IMG/VR virus record: IMGVR_UViG_3300009826_000001
Location: 64,001-127,488 of that record
DNA length: 63,488 bases
Origin: a virus
Lineage: Duplodnaviria > Heunggongvirae > Uroviricota > Caudoviricetes
Reading direction: 5' to 3' (one strand)
Shown: positions 45,009-53,429 of the stretch, piece by piece
Layout of the letters: each line of letters starts with the position of its first letter
Position numbering within the stretch: the stretch's first letter is position 1
The notes under the pieces: model-generated
Database searches by the model: none
What the model was told of the DNA's origin: nothing
The model's input: only the letters and a program-made list of their open reading frames with translations
Translations under genes and position numbers: made by a program

Positions 45009-45370
45009 CACGACGCGCCGCCCTTCTGCGCCAGCCCGATCACGAAAACCGCCAGGCAGTCCAGCGCGCCAAACGCCCACAGATCGTCGGCAATGGTCAG
45101 CGATTGGCGTGTGGCGGCAATGTCGTCGAGCACCGCCTCGTGATCGACTTCGGCGCCCGACGCGAGTGCGGCCAGGGCTGAACCGATCGCGCCCGACGAT
45201 TGCCACTGGCCGGCGATCGTGGCCGCGACCTCGGGCCTGATCTCGGTCTGTGTGATCGGGTTGCCACCGGGCCCCCGAAGCCAGTCGGCGTCCTTGTGCT
45301 GAACGCGCCAGACGTCCAGCTGAACGTCGTCGTTGCTGACGAACTTCACATCTTTCAGGCGTATTTTCAT
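45008..45370 (-). CDS. Hypothetical phage protein
   Basis: AATIAGQWQSSG..G..LA.LASG motif. Confidence 0.6.
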   Translation of the reverse strand: MKIRLKDVKFVSNDDVQLDVWRVQHKDADWLRGPGGNPITQTEIRPEVAATIAGQWQSSGAIGSALAALASGAEVDHEAVLDDIAATRQSLTIADDLWAFGALDCLAVFVIGLAQKGGAS

Positions 45371-45630
45371 GACCCGCTCTCCATTTCGACGAAGTTGTCA
45401 ATGACCGCGCGCCGGATGCCCTGGCGGTCGCGCTTCCAGCGCATGTGCCCGATCGCTGCCAGCGACGCCGATCTGTACTCCTCCACCACCCGGCTCTGCA
45501 GGTCGTTGTTCCAGAACAGGGAGGTTTTCCAACCCAGTTCCGGGCGGGGACTCGCCACGTCGTGCTGCGGGACCGGGGTGGTGTAGATCCGCACCGTCAA
45601 TCCCGATACCCTCACCGTGCTCTTGTGCAT
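45367..45630 (-). CDS. Hypothetical protein
   Basis: SD AGGAG. Confidence 0.5.
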   Translation of the reverse strand: MHKSTVRVSGLTVRIYTTPVPQHDVASPRPELGWKTSLFWNNDLQSRVVEEYRSASLAAIGHMRWKRDRQGIRRAVIDNFVEMESGS

Positions 45631-45639
45631 ATTTATCTC

Positions 45640-45927
45640 CTAACCTGGACTTTTGTAGCGTTTCTTGGCGTCGGCCAGCTCAGACATGCGTTCGGCCTGA
45701 GCCAGCCGCCATTTCCGTGTGGGGTTGTTGATCGGCGGCTTCGGCCCAGGTAGGACCCGCACCGTCGCCTCGATCACCTTGACCCGCAGCCGCGGCTGGC
45801 GCCATCGCAGCGCTTCCGCGTGCTCATGCGCGTCACCGGCGACGCGGTGGGTGGAACGCACCGTCCAGACGAACCGGACGGGGTTCCACGCCACCACGCG
45901 CCATACCGTGGTGCTAGCCGCGCTCAT
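45640..45927 (-). CDS. Basic hypothetical protein
   Basis: Start re-assigned to MSAAS; overlap with the upstream gene. Confidence 0.4.
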   Translation of the reverse strand: MSAASTTVWRVVAWNPVRFVWTVRSTHRVAGDAHEHAEALRWRQPRLRVKVIEATVRVLPGPKPPINNPTRKWRLAQAERMSELADAKKRYKSPG

Positions 45928-46381
45928 CCCGGCACTGCTCGGCGCGGCCCAGCAGGTGGTCGATGTACTCCACCACCACCTCGGTTGTGTTGGTGCTGTG
46001 GAACAACGTGTCGGCCTCGATGATGGAGAGCCCGAGCAGCTCGCGGGCGTACTCGGAGACCCCCCGCACATCGCCGTCCGCGGTGATGCACTGGTCGCAC
46101 GACACCACGTCACCGTCTTCGGGAGTGCCGACCCGCTCGAGGTCGAGCACCATCTTGGCGCCGGCCTCCAGTACGGTATGCCCGGCTGCACACGCCGCAG
46201 TCGGGCAGGCCACCACCAGCCTGGTCACCTGGCTGGTCCCGACTCGCATCGGTTTCAGGGCGGCAGCGACCTCCTGGCTCCAGCGCACATAGGCCCAGTC
46301 GCCTTGGTCGTGCCGGCCCGCCTCGGCTTCCAGCAGGATGTTGTCGCGCAACCGCTTGAGCGCATCAATGTTGTAGGTCAT
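45914..46381 (-). CDS. Hypothetical phage protein
   Basis: SD AAGGAG; HDQGDW...TAACAAGHTV...ARELLGL motif. Confidence 0.65.
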   Translation of the reverse strand: MTYNIDALKRLRDNILLEAEAGRHDQGDWAYVRWSQEVAAALKPMRVGTSQVTRLVVACPTAACAAGHTVLEAGAKMVLDLERVGTPEDGDVVSCDQCITADGDVRGVSEYARELLGLSIIEADTLFHSTNTTEVVVEYIDHLLGRAEQCRDERG

Positions 46382-46503
46382 GCTGATGTTCTCCTTCTGT
46401 TGTTGTTTTGGCCCAGCTCCCGAATTTCGGGAGCTGGGTTTTTCCTGAGTTCCTCGACGGCTAATCCGATCCAGACCGTGAAACACAATGCGGCCCATAA
46501 CAT
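46378..46503 (-). CDS. 41-aa single-TM peptide coupled to the voltage-sensor gene
   Basis: MLWAALCFTVWIGLAVEELRK...; TGATG overlap upstream and ATGA overlap downstream. Confidence 0.5.
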   Translation of the reverse strand: MLWAALCFTVWIGLAVEELRKNPAPEIRELGQNNNRRRTSA

Positions 46504-46910
46504 CACAGCCACCGCCTACCGAATCGGCCGGCTCGCGACGCGAGCCTTCCTGCACGCACGGAACGAGCCACCAGGCCGACCGCCCGCAGATGCGTGACGT
46601 GCCGGCCGAAATGCAACAGCCGTGCGATCCTGGCCACCCGCAGCACCGACACGTCCACGCCCATCATCGGCAGCAGCGCCAGCACGATCACGACGGAATC
46701 GAACCAGCACCACGCCGAGCGCAGAAATCCCTTGAACCCGTGCGAATGCAATCGCACGGCGAGCTCCACGCAGAAGAACAGCAAGCAGCCGTTCTCGACG
46801 TTCTCCCACAGCTCCCGGTGATCCTCGTCCAGCGCCGAGGCCACCAGGAGCAACGAGTTCAAGATGATCACGCCGATGACCGCGACGTGGAAGTAGCGGT
46901 GGAATCGCAA
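46503..46910 (-). CDS. Stand-alone voltage-sensor domain (S1-S4) protein, no pore domain
   Basis: S1 IILNSLL, S2 E..CLLFFCVELAVRL, S3 WCWFDSVVIV, S4 LRVARIARLLH; SD GGAAGGAAAG before TTG. Confidence 0.8.
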   Translation of the reverse strand: MRFHRYFHVAVIGVIILNSLLLVASALDEDHRELWENVENGCLLFFCVELAVRLHSHGFKGFLRSAWCWFDSVVIVLALLPMMGVDVSVLRVARIARLLHFGRHVTHLRAVGLVARSVRAGRLASRAGRFGRRWL

Positions 46911-46955
46911 CAGCTTTCCTTCCGTGTGGTGGGGAATTGCCCAGATTCGGGTGGT

Positions 46956-47249
46956 TCAGCTTGTGCATGGCCGTGCCGCCTGACGAGCCAGCCGCTCCCA
47001 ATGAAAGGCGGCCTCCGCGCTGACCCGCATCAGCTCCGCGCTCTGGCGGATCTGCACCACAATGCCGGCGGTGGACATGAGCTGGATGTAGCGCCCACTG
47101 CGGTCACGGACGACCTCGGGTGGCTCCGTGATCGCCCACAGCTTGTTGGCGTAGACGATCACGTCGCCCGGTTTGACGTCGGTGACCTTGACCGGCTCCT
47201 GGGTCACCGCAGCGTCGTCGAAAACGATCCTTGTCTGAATTTCTGACAC
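46956..47249 (-). CDS. Hypothetical protein (KOW-like VKPGDVI)
   Basis: First gene after promoter copy 3; SD GGAG. Confidence 0.55.
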   Translation of the reverse strand: MSEIQTRIVFDDAAVTQEPVKVTDVKPGDVIVYANKLWAITEPPEVVRDRSGRYIQLMSTAGIVVQIRQSAELMRVSAEAAFHWERLARQAARPCTS

Positions 47250-47314
47250 GACTATCTCCAATTCATTTATCGTGGGGATTTCTGAATGAAGGTATTTCTC
47301 AACCTTCAACTACT

Positions 47315-47343
47315 ATTATACCCTATTCTGACCCTTATGTCAA
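47315..47343 (-). promoter_or_regulatory. SigA-type promoter, copy 3
   Basis: TTGACA-N17-TATAAT; leader hairpin 47287-47308; 20-bp inverted repeat 47317-47336/47352-47371. Confidence 0.9.
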
Positions 47344-47380
47344 GTCTTTTAAAGGGTCAGAATAGGGTATATTTGCCGGC

Positions 47381-47692
47381 TTAGACGACGCCCCGGCACG
47401 CCTCACACTCCCAGCCGCCCGGCTGCTTGGTGCAGGTGCGCCGTTGCTCGCACAGCCAGCACAGCTGGTTGCGCTTGGGCTCGCGCCCATCGGCGATGCG
47501 TAACGTGCGTTGCTGCTCGGCGTAAGCGGCGTGCACCGCAGCATCGCGGTCGGCGATCTCGTCGGCGGTCATCGGCTCTCCAACCCGCAGACTGGGCCCG
47601 AACGCCGTCACACACTCGGGACACGGATGGCCGATGAGCTCGACCAAGTTCTTGCAGCCGGGCAGTACGCACTCCGGCAACAGAGTGGTCAC
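47381..47692 (-). CDS. Cys-rich hypothetical protein
   Basis: CVLPGC...CPEC...CWLCEQRRTC...WECEAC. Confidence 0.65.
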   Translation of the reverse strand: MTTLLPECVLPGCKNLVELIGHPCPECVTAFGPSLRVGEPMTADEIADRDAAVHAAYAEQQRTLRIADGREPKRNQLCWLCEQRRTCTKQPGGWECEACRGVV

Positions 47693-48099
47693 CGCGGGTC
47701 CTCCGCGAGAACCGACGACGCCGGGTCCTCCGCGAGAATCTTTTCCAGCAGCTCGGCGGTGGCCGGCATCGCCCGGTATTGCAGCCCGGCGATGGCGACG
47801 GTTACCCGGTCATCATCGTCCGGGGTGGTCACAGGTGGGGTGGTCAACGGTGGGTTCTCACCACGTTCGGCGTGCCACCGTGAGCACCAAGCCTGGTGCT
47901 CATTGGGCGCGCCACACTCAGTGCACTTGATCTTGGACACGGCATCGGTGTTGTCCGCGCCCCCGCGCACGATATGGAGATCCTTGGCGGCCAGCTGACG
48001 GATGATCGCGTCGGTGGCGGCTTCGAGATTGCTGCCCTGTGGCAAACCCTGGAGAGCCTTGAGGATGATGTCGCGGCTGTAGACGTTCTTGCGTTGCAT
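47689..48099 (-). CDS. Hypothetical protein
   Basis: SD AAGGAG; CTECG..H..WC. Confidence 0.55.
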   Translation of the reverse strand: MQRKNVYSRDIILKALQGLPQGSNLEAATDAIIRQLAAKDLHIVRGGADNTDAVSKIKCTECGAPNEHQAWCSRWHAERGENPPLTTPPVTTPDDDDRVTVAIAGLQYRAMPATAELLEKILAEDPASSVLAEDPR

Positions 48100-48126
48100 G
48101 TCAGTTCTCCTTATTCGTTCGAGGGC

Positions 48127-48327
48127 TCACAATTGAACAGCCGAGAGGCTGATGACGACATCAGCGGGAATGACCTCATGCGGGGTCCAGACGACCTGGT
48201 ACACCACGAACACCAGCGGACTGCCATCGGCTGCGGTCAGCTCGACCAGCTCATTGCATCGAGGTACTGCCGGCATCTCATGGTCTTGCTCGGGCTGTCC
48301 GGGGATGAAGAAGCGGACTTTTATCAC
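48127..48327 (-). CDS. Small hypothetical protein
   Basis: SD AGGAG before GTG. Confidence 0.5.
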   Translation of the reverse strand: MIKVRFFIPGQPEQDHEMPAVPRCNELVELTAADGSPLVFVVYQVVWTPHEVIPADVVISLSAVQL

Positions 48328-48337
48328 CTGGGTTCTC

Positions 48338-48901
48338 CTATTTCTCGTGGGTTGATTTGAAGCTGAGCTGGTAGGCGCGCACGACGCCCAGCGCAGCGAT
48401 GATCTCGCGCGGCAGCGGATCACCGTAGGTATCGGTGTCGCCCTCGTAGATGTAGACGCTGGCCAGCGCGTCATCGAGTGCTGCGACCGCGGCGCGCCGC
48501 CGCCGGCCCAGCTCGGCGCTGGTCAGGCCGCCCCGGTATTCCAGCTCAGCGTTACGCGCGGCCTTCCACCTGACGTTGGACTCCAGTCCGGTCCAGCCGT
48601 TGACGGTCCACTGGTGGCGGTTGATGCCGGATTCACCCATCTCGTCTATCTCGCGGGTGACCGTCCTGGTGCACTCGCACTCGCTTAACCGGTCGTTGAG
48701 CCGTTCGGCGAGGTAGAAGGCCAGGTCGACGTCGGGCAGCTCGCCCCAGGCCGCGCGGCCCTGCTCGGGGTCCTCGAACACGGCACCAGGACTATTGCCG
48801 TATTCGTCGTCCTCGAGCAGCAGCGCGATCGCGTCGGCCCGGTTGTAGGAAATCTGCTCCACCGTGGTCTTACGAACGTGAAAGATCAGCTCATCGGTCA
48901 T
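48338..48901 (-). CDS. Hypothetical protein
   Basis: SD GAAAGGAA. Confidence 0.6.
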   Translation of the reverse strand: MTDELIFHVRKTTVEQISYNRADAIALLLEDDEYGNSPGAVFEDPEQGRAAWGELPDVDLAFYLAERLNDRLSECECTRTVTREIDEMGESGINRHQWTVNGWTGLESNVRWKAARNAELEYRGGLTSAELGRRRRAAVAALDDALASVYIYEGDTDTYGDPLPREIIAALGVVRAYQLSFKSTHEK

Positions 48902-48941
48902 GGTGTTCCTTTCGTTGTGGTTGTTACCCGAGTTCGGGTAG

Positions 48942-49232
48942 TCAGTGGCGCCGGCCGCGACCCAGGCCGGGCAATCCACCGCGCACGGTGGCGGGGTGGT
49001 AGCCCACATCGCGGCCATCGCGGTCATCAGGCGGGTCCTCCAACACGGTCGGCCGGCTCAGCTTGGTCCGGTCGGGCTCGACCGGCTTGGCGTTAACCGG
49101 ACGCCGCGAGTTGGGGCAGCGTTCCCAGCCCGGATGGTTTTCCTTGCGCCGGCGGTGGTGGCTGAGCACGCCGTCGATCGCCCCAACATTGCGGCCACAC
49201 ACCTTGCACAGCGCGAGCGTCGCCTTACTCAT
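48942..49232 (-). CDS. Small basic Zn-binding protein
   Basis: CKVC...H...CPNS; C-terminal VRGGLPGLGR motif. Confidence 0.55.
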   Translation of the reverse strand: MSKATLALCKVCGRNVGAIDGVLSHHRRRKENHPGWERCPNSRRPVNAKPVEPDRTKLSRPTVLEDPPDDRDGRDVGYHPATVRGGLPGLGRGRRH

Positions 49233-49629
49233 CGCGCCGGCGCTCCGGCTCGCCCCAGTGGTCGGTGCCGTAGCGAATCCACAGGCCGCGCTGGTATTCC
49301 TGGCGCTCGCTGGCCGGCACGCCTGCCAGCGCATCCAGCGCATCGCGCACCAGCGTGATCACGTCAGGGATATCCGCCTCGTCATCGGCGTTGGCGTAGA
49401 CGAACTCGGCACCCTCGTCATCGGCGAACACCGTAACGCCGAAGCCGTGATAACAAGGGGTGTGGCCGATCGCGGGCGACAGCGATCCGAAGGCGTCGGT
49501 GATGTGGACCCAGTGACCGCTCTCGGTGACGGCACGCAGGCACATCTCGCCACCGCCGGTGTTGTACTCGACGAAGCTCATCCCGAACTTGTCGTGCAGC
49601 GCCCGAATCAGGGTGTCGTAGCCCATCAT
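49225..49629 (-). CDS. Hypothetical protein (TGGG family)
   Basis: YNTGGGEMCL...HITDA; paralog of 31137-31685. Confidence 0.6.
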   Translation of the reverse strand: MMGYDTLIRALHDKFGMSFVEYNTGGGEMCLRAVTESGHWVHITDAFGSLSPAIGHTPCYHGFGVTVFADDEGAEFVYANADDEADIPDVITLVRDALDALAGVPASERQEYQRGLWIRYGTDHWGEPERRRDE

Positions 49630-49850
49630 GCGAGCACCAGGCCGGCGGGGTGGTGATTCTTCACTGCGCCCAGTGGATACCGCCAGTACACACGCACCAG
49701 GTCGTCGCCGATCAGATCAACGACGGTGCCATCCCACGTCGGCGTCGTCTGGTTGACGATCGTGACGTGATCGCCGATGCGCCACGGCCGGCGCAGCGGC
49801 CTATGGCCCGCCATGTAGCGAACCAGCTCCATCGGATGCCGCTTCGTCAT
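49626..49850 (-). CDS. Small hypothetical protein
   Basis: SD GGAGGAG; WRIGDHV. Confidence 0.5.
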   Translation of the reverse strand: MTKRHPMELVRYMAGHRPLRRPWRIGDHVTIVNQTTPTWDGTVVDLIGDDLVRVYWRYPLGAVKNHHPAGLVLA

Positions 49851-50545
49851 GCCGACTCCTCCAGCTGCGAACCACGCGCGAGCGCCCGACGTTCGCGTTC
49901 GGAGCGACCACCCCAGATGCCGAACCGCTGCTCGTTGTCCAAGGCAAACTGTAGGCACTCCTGTGTCACCGGACACCGCTCACACACCTTCTTGGCGCCA
50001 GCTGTCGAGCCGCCCTTTTCGGGAAACCACAGGTCGGGATCGACCTGGGCGCATAGTGCTGCGCGCACCCAATCACCCGGCATCGCGGCTGCCAGTGACA
50101 GCAACGGGTCCAGCACGCCGCGGCGCTGCCTGATCCCGTAGCAGGATTTGCACAGCCGCCGGTGTGTCGCACGAGTAGGCCGGCCACAGATCGCGCAGGC
50201 CAACAAGGGTGTGACCGGCGGCGGTGGGTCGGGTTCCCGAATTTCGGGAACCGGCTCGGGGTCGACCTGCTGCTGCTCTGCCGCCTTGGTGCGCCGCCAG
50301 GGATGGCGACCGCGCACCACTGCCGCTGCGGCCTCGCGCTTGGCATCGCCAGGACGGCGATCGGGGTCAATACAGCACAAAAAAAAGGCGATATCGGGGT
50401 CGATTTTGCGCCGGCCGTTGACGATGAAGGCGATGGTGATCTCGTCGGCTGGACCGGCCGAAGCTATCTCTCGATAGCTCCAGCCGGCCGCCACCAGCCG
50501 TGCGATGTGCTCACGCGCACGCCGCGCCGGCACCAGGGCGCTCAT
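49847..50545 (-). CDS. whiB: WhiB-family transcription factor fused to N-terminal HTH and Zn finger
   Basis: C-terminal ALCAQVDPDLWFPEKG...AKKVCERCPVTQECL...GIWGG; N-terminal LVAAGWSYREIAS; middle CAIC...LCKSC. Confidence 0.85.
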   Translation of the reverse strand: MSALVPARRAREHIARLVAAGWSYREIASAGPADEITIAFIVNGRRKIDPDIAFFLCCIDPDRRPGDAKREAAAAVVRGRHPWRRTKAAEQQQVDPEPVPEIREPDPPPPVTPLLACAICGRPTRATHRRLCKSCYGIRQRRGVLDPLLSLAAAMPGDWVRAALCAQVDPDLWFPEKGGSTAGAKKVCERCPVTQECLQFALDNEQRFGIWGGRSERERRALARGSQLEESA

Positions 50546-50880
50546 GGCAGTTCCATAAGCGACTCGTTGAACTCGATCGCCTCGTTGATGGCGTCGTCGA
50601 TGAGCTCCTGCGCCAGCCGGTCGTACTTGGCGAAGTCGATGTTGTTCGGGTCGATGTCCTCAGGCTTCTCGACATAGATCAGCCGGTGCGGCCACCACTC
50701 CTGGTGGACACGAGCGAACCGCTCGGCGGATTCCTTGGTCGGGAACGGAATCCGGTCGGGCTCGCCGGACCAGTTCTGCTCGTCGAGGTAGACGTACCAA
50801 TACTGCTTGCCCGGCGTCATAATCGGGCCGCCGCGCTTGTGCGGCGCCATGTACTCGTGCCAGCCGCGGAATGTGGTCAT
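50542..50880 (-). CDS. Hypothetical protein
   Basis: ATGA overlaps. Confidence 0.55.
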   Translation of the reverse strand: MTTFRGWHEYMAPHKRGGPIMTPGKQYWYVYLDEQNWSGEPDRIPFPTKESAERFARVHQEWWPHRLIYVEKPEDIDPNNIDFAKYDRLAQELIDDAINEAIEFNESLMELP

Positions 50881-51017
50881 GGCTTGGGCTGCGCTTCCAC
50901 TACCTGCCGCCGCCCGGATTCGGGTCGTGGGTCTGCCGGCTTGGGTATGACCTGCTGCCGGCTGCGTTCGATGATCCTGGCCCAGCCAGCCAGTGATCGG
51001 TTGTCGTTGTTCTGCAT
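50877..51017 (-). CDS. Small protein, first gene after promoter copy 4
   Basis: CCCCACGAAAGG SD. Confidence 0.45.
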   Translation of the reverse strand: MQNNDNRSLAGWARIIERSRQQVIPKPADPRPESGRRQVVEAQPKP

Positions 51018-51105
51018 CGCAGTGCCTTTCGTGGGGAAAACGGTAGGGGTGGTCACCGACACGCCCTGGATTTGTCGAAGTTGACATTTATCAACTTCAA
51101 CTACT

Positions 51106-51134
51106 ATTATACGCCATTTCAACGGTTAAGTCAA
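51106..51134 (-). promoter_or_regulatory. SigA-type promoter, copy 4
   Basis: TTGACT-N17-TATAAT; 11-bp leader hairpin 51074-51101. Confidence 0.85.
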
Positions 51135-51216
51135 GTGTTTGTAATGCTAGCGTAAGGGGTGGTCAACGCGCCGCTGAACGCGAAAAATTTTTCGGCAACG
51201 CATGAAGCTTGTGCAC

Positions 51217-51251
51217 AAAAAAACCCCGCGACCGTAGTCGCGGGGCTTCTT
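51217..51251 (-). terminator. Intrinsic terminator
   Basis: CCCCGCGAC/GTCGCGGGG stem plus T7 on the minus strand. Confidence 0.85.
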
Positions 51252-51261
51252 ACTGTTCGAG

Positions 51262-51534
51262 CTAGATCGAGGCGCCGTAGCTGCTGATCGGATTGCCGTA
51301 GCTGCCGGGTTCAGGCGGCTCGTAGGGCGGCCGCTCGTCGTCCTCCATGAAGTTGAGCTCAGTTCGGATGTAGCTCTTGAGCGCCGGCGTCACCGCCTCG
51401 TCACCGCTGAACACTTGAGCTGCCACGTCACCGCTGTCCACACCCAGGTACTCCTGGATGCACAGACACGCGGCGTCGAGCGCTCGTTGGGCCAGCTTGT
51501 CGATATCGACTCCCTTGTAAATCTCGCCGGTCAT
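51262..51534 (-). CDS. Acidic hypothetical protein (YKGVD paralog)
   Basis: YKGVDIDKLA shared with the upstream gene. Confidence 0.6.
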   Translation of the reverse strand: MTGEIYKGVDIDKLAQRALDAACLCIQEYLGVDSGDVAAQVFSGDEAVTPALKSYIRTELNFMEDDERPPYEPPEPGSYGNPISSYGASI

Positions 51535-51935
51535 GATTCCTCCTTCATCTCTGCCCGGATCTGCTCCACCAGGTCGATCTCAGCACGGACATATTTCTTG
51601 AGCAGGTCCAGGATCAGCTCGTGGTGCTCGTCGGAGAATATCCGGCAGAACACCGCGTCGGCGCGCTCACCCTGTGGGTCACCGTAGCCGCGGGTGTCGT
51701 CGACCTGCTCTTGCACATAGAAAATGGCCTTCTCGAGCGCGTCGAACGCCAGCTTGCCGGTGTCCACGCCTTTGTAGGTGTCGGCCACGATGCGCGTGTT
51801 CTCGATCTTGCGGAGCGCGGCCATCAGTGCGTTGCCGTCGATCCCGGCGACGAGCTTGACGCCCTCGAAGCCGCTGGCCGCGAGCTTGGCCACAGCCTCG
51901 CGTTCGTCGTTGTTGAGGTTGGGTCCGGTCATCAT
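51531..51935 (-). CDS. Hypothetical protein (YKGVD paralog)
   Basis: SD AGGAG; YKGVDTGKLA. Confidence 0.6.
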   Translation of the reverse strand: MMTGPNLNNDEREAVAKLAASGFEGVKLVAGIDGNALMAALRKIENTRIVADTYKGVDTGKLAFDALEKAIFYVQEQVDDTRGYGDPQGERADAVFCRIFSDEHHELILDLLKKYVRAEIDLVEQIRAEMKEES

Positions 51936-51937
51936 GT

Positions 51938-52147
51938 TCAGTTCTCCTGTTCGGTGGGGTGGTTGATCACTACCGACGCGATCGCACGCGCCGACTCGAG
52001 CTCGACCTCGCGCACGATCTCCATCGCCCGCGTGATGCCGGCCGGGTCAAAGCGCAGACCTTCGGCGCAGATCCGGCGGGACGCTCTCAGCGAGAGGCCG
52101 CGTTCGCTGGGTGTGAGTTCGGTCGGGGGCATCTTGATTTCGCTCAT
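51938..52147 (-). CDS. Small protein, first gene after promoter copy 5
   Basis: SD AGGAG. Confidence 0.5.
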   Translation of the reverse strand: MSEIKMPPTELTPSERGLSLRASRRICAEGLRFDPAGITRAMEIVREVELESARAIASVVINHPTEQEN

Positions 52148-52210
52148 CACTGTCTCCTGTATCTGTGGGGTGGGAATTTGAATGAAGGTATTTCTCAACC
52201 TTCAACTACT

Positions 52211-52239
52211 ATTATACCGCACTTGACGCCTTAAGTCCA
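52211..52239 (-). promoter_or_regulatory. SigA-type promoter, copy 5
   Basis: TGGACT-N17-TATAAT; leader hairpin 52183-52204. Confidence 0.8.
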
Positions 52240-52298
52240 GCAAAGGCCCAGGTCAGGCTCTCCTGTTTCCCCGGATTCGGGCGGAACGAGGGCATAAG

Positions 52299-52331
52299 AA
52301 AACCCCCGCACCTGGCTGGTGCGGGGGTTTT
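52299..52331. terminator. Bidirectional intrinsic terminator
   Basis: AAAACCCCCGCACC-N5-GGTGCGGGGGTTTT. Confidence 0.85.
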
Positions 52332-52344
52332 CCTTATTCAGTTG

Positions 52345-53238
52345 TTAGGCAACGCCCTCGCCGTTGGACTCGACGGTGACCGGGGCCGGAGCCTTGGCCG
52401 CGACCTCGGCCTTGGCCGCCTCGACGTCGGCCTTGGTCGGGACGACCTTGGCCTTGCCGGCGTTGGCCTTGCGCGCCTCCGCCCGCTTCTTGGCGGCTTC
52501 CTTGGCCTCCTGCTTGCGGTTCATCAGCCCGACGACGGCCAGGAAGCCGTCCTCGTAGATCCGCTTGGCCTTGAGCAGCTGGTCGAGCGTCATGCCGCTG
52601 GCGCCCTCCAGGTTCTCCATGACCGGACCGCTGGCCGCCTGCAACGCCTCGAGCCGCTTGTCGTTCAGCTCGGCCTTGGTCGGCTCCTTGGCTTCCGGCT
52701 TCTTGGCAGCGCCGGTCTTCTTGGAGTTCCGGGTTTCGGCCGACTGCTCGACGTCCTCCGGGCTGGAGTTCTCGTCGACGCCCATCGCCTTCTGGTTCTG
52801 GGAGATGTCGTTGACGATGCCCTTGCTCGCGCCCGAGCCCTCGATCGCCTGGGCGTGGGTTGCGCCCTTGGACAACAGGACCGCAGCGGTGATCTTCTTC
52901 ACCGCGAGCGCGGCGTCCGGCGAGCCCTCCAGCCGGTTGGCGAGGTAGGCACCCAGGTTCTTGAACAGCTGCTTGCCCTCGTCGTCCTTGAAGGTCTTCC
53001 AGACGCGGGTCTTCTCGCCCTGGAACTCGACCTCGGCGTCGGCCATCGCGACGGCCGTGGCCATCTGGCCGAGCGCCTTCTGGACGGACGTACCCGCAGA
53101 GACGACCTGCTTGTCGATCTTGTCCCGGCCCTTGACCGTGAGCTTGATGCTGACGATCTTGACCGCGGCGTTCTCGGCGGTGGTGCCCGCGCCTTCGACG
53201 TTGTTCTCGACGACCGGGGCGATTGTGGTGCTTGTCAT
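52345..53238 (-). CDS. Ala/Lys-rich probable DNA-binding protein (HTH), monocistronic; paralog of 59519-60277
   Basis: LLSKGATHAQAIEGSGASKGIVND HTH-like; strong codon bias; own promoter and terminator. Confidence 0.7.
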   Translation of the reverse strand: MTSTTIAPVVENNVEGAGTTAENAAVKIVSIKLTVKGRDKIDKQVVSAGTSVQKALGQMATAVAMADAEVEFQGEKTRVWKTFKDDEGKQLFKNLGAYLANRLEGSPDAALAVKKITAAVLLSKGATHAQAIEGSGASKGIVNDISQNQKAMGVDENSSPEDVEQSAETRNSKKTGAAKKPEAKEPTKAELNDKRLEALQAASGPVMENLEGASGMTLDQLLKAKRIYEDGFLAVVGLMNRKQEAKEAAKKRAEARKANAGKAKVVPTKADVEAAKAEVAAKAPAPVTVESNGEGVA

Positions 53239-53371
53239 GTCGTTCTTCTTTCGTTGGACCCGTTTCCGGGTGTTTGGTTCCCGTCTCCCGAATTTCGGGA
53301 AATCGGCCTGGCGTCGCGTGCTTTCCGGCCAGGTCTGAAAGCCGTTATGTCTATTTCGACCTTCAACTACT

Positions 53372-53400
53372 ATTCTACACCATTCTTGCACTTATGTCAA
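53372..53400 (-). promoter_or_regulatory. SigA-type promoter, copy 6
   Basis: TTGACA-N17-TAGAAT; leader hairpin 53336-53365. Confidence 0.85.
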
Positions 53401-53429
53401 GTGTCAAGAAGCTTTTTTAACGCCATTTA

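Noticed and set aside
45914-46910. Full voltage-gated channel split by a frameshift
   Set aside because: No S5/pore-loop/S6 or selectivity-filter-like sequence in any frame downstream. The following ORFs are overlap-coupled and unrelated.
47287-47308. Leader as a mycobacterial rrn boxA mimic (shared UUGAGAA)
   Set aside because: Similarity rests on my recollection of the boxA sequence and on about 7 nt. It is not conserved in copies 2, 4 and 6, where the hairpin is kept instead.
51081-51110. Rightward promoter TTGACA-N18-TATTAT overlapping promoter copy 4
   Set aside because: The TTGACA is the complement of the 3' arm of the leader hairpin and appears in only one copy, so it is most likely a by-product. 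TSS mapping could revive it.
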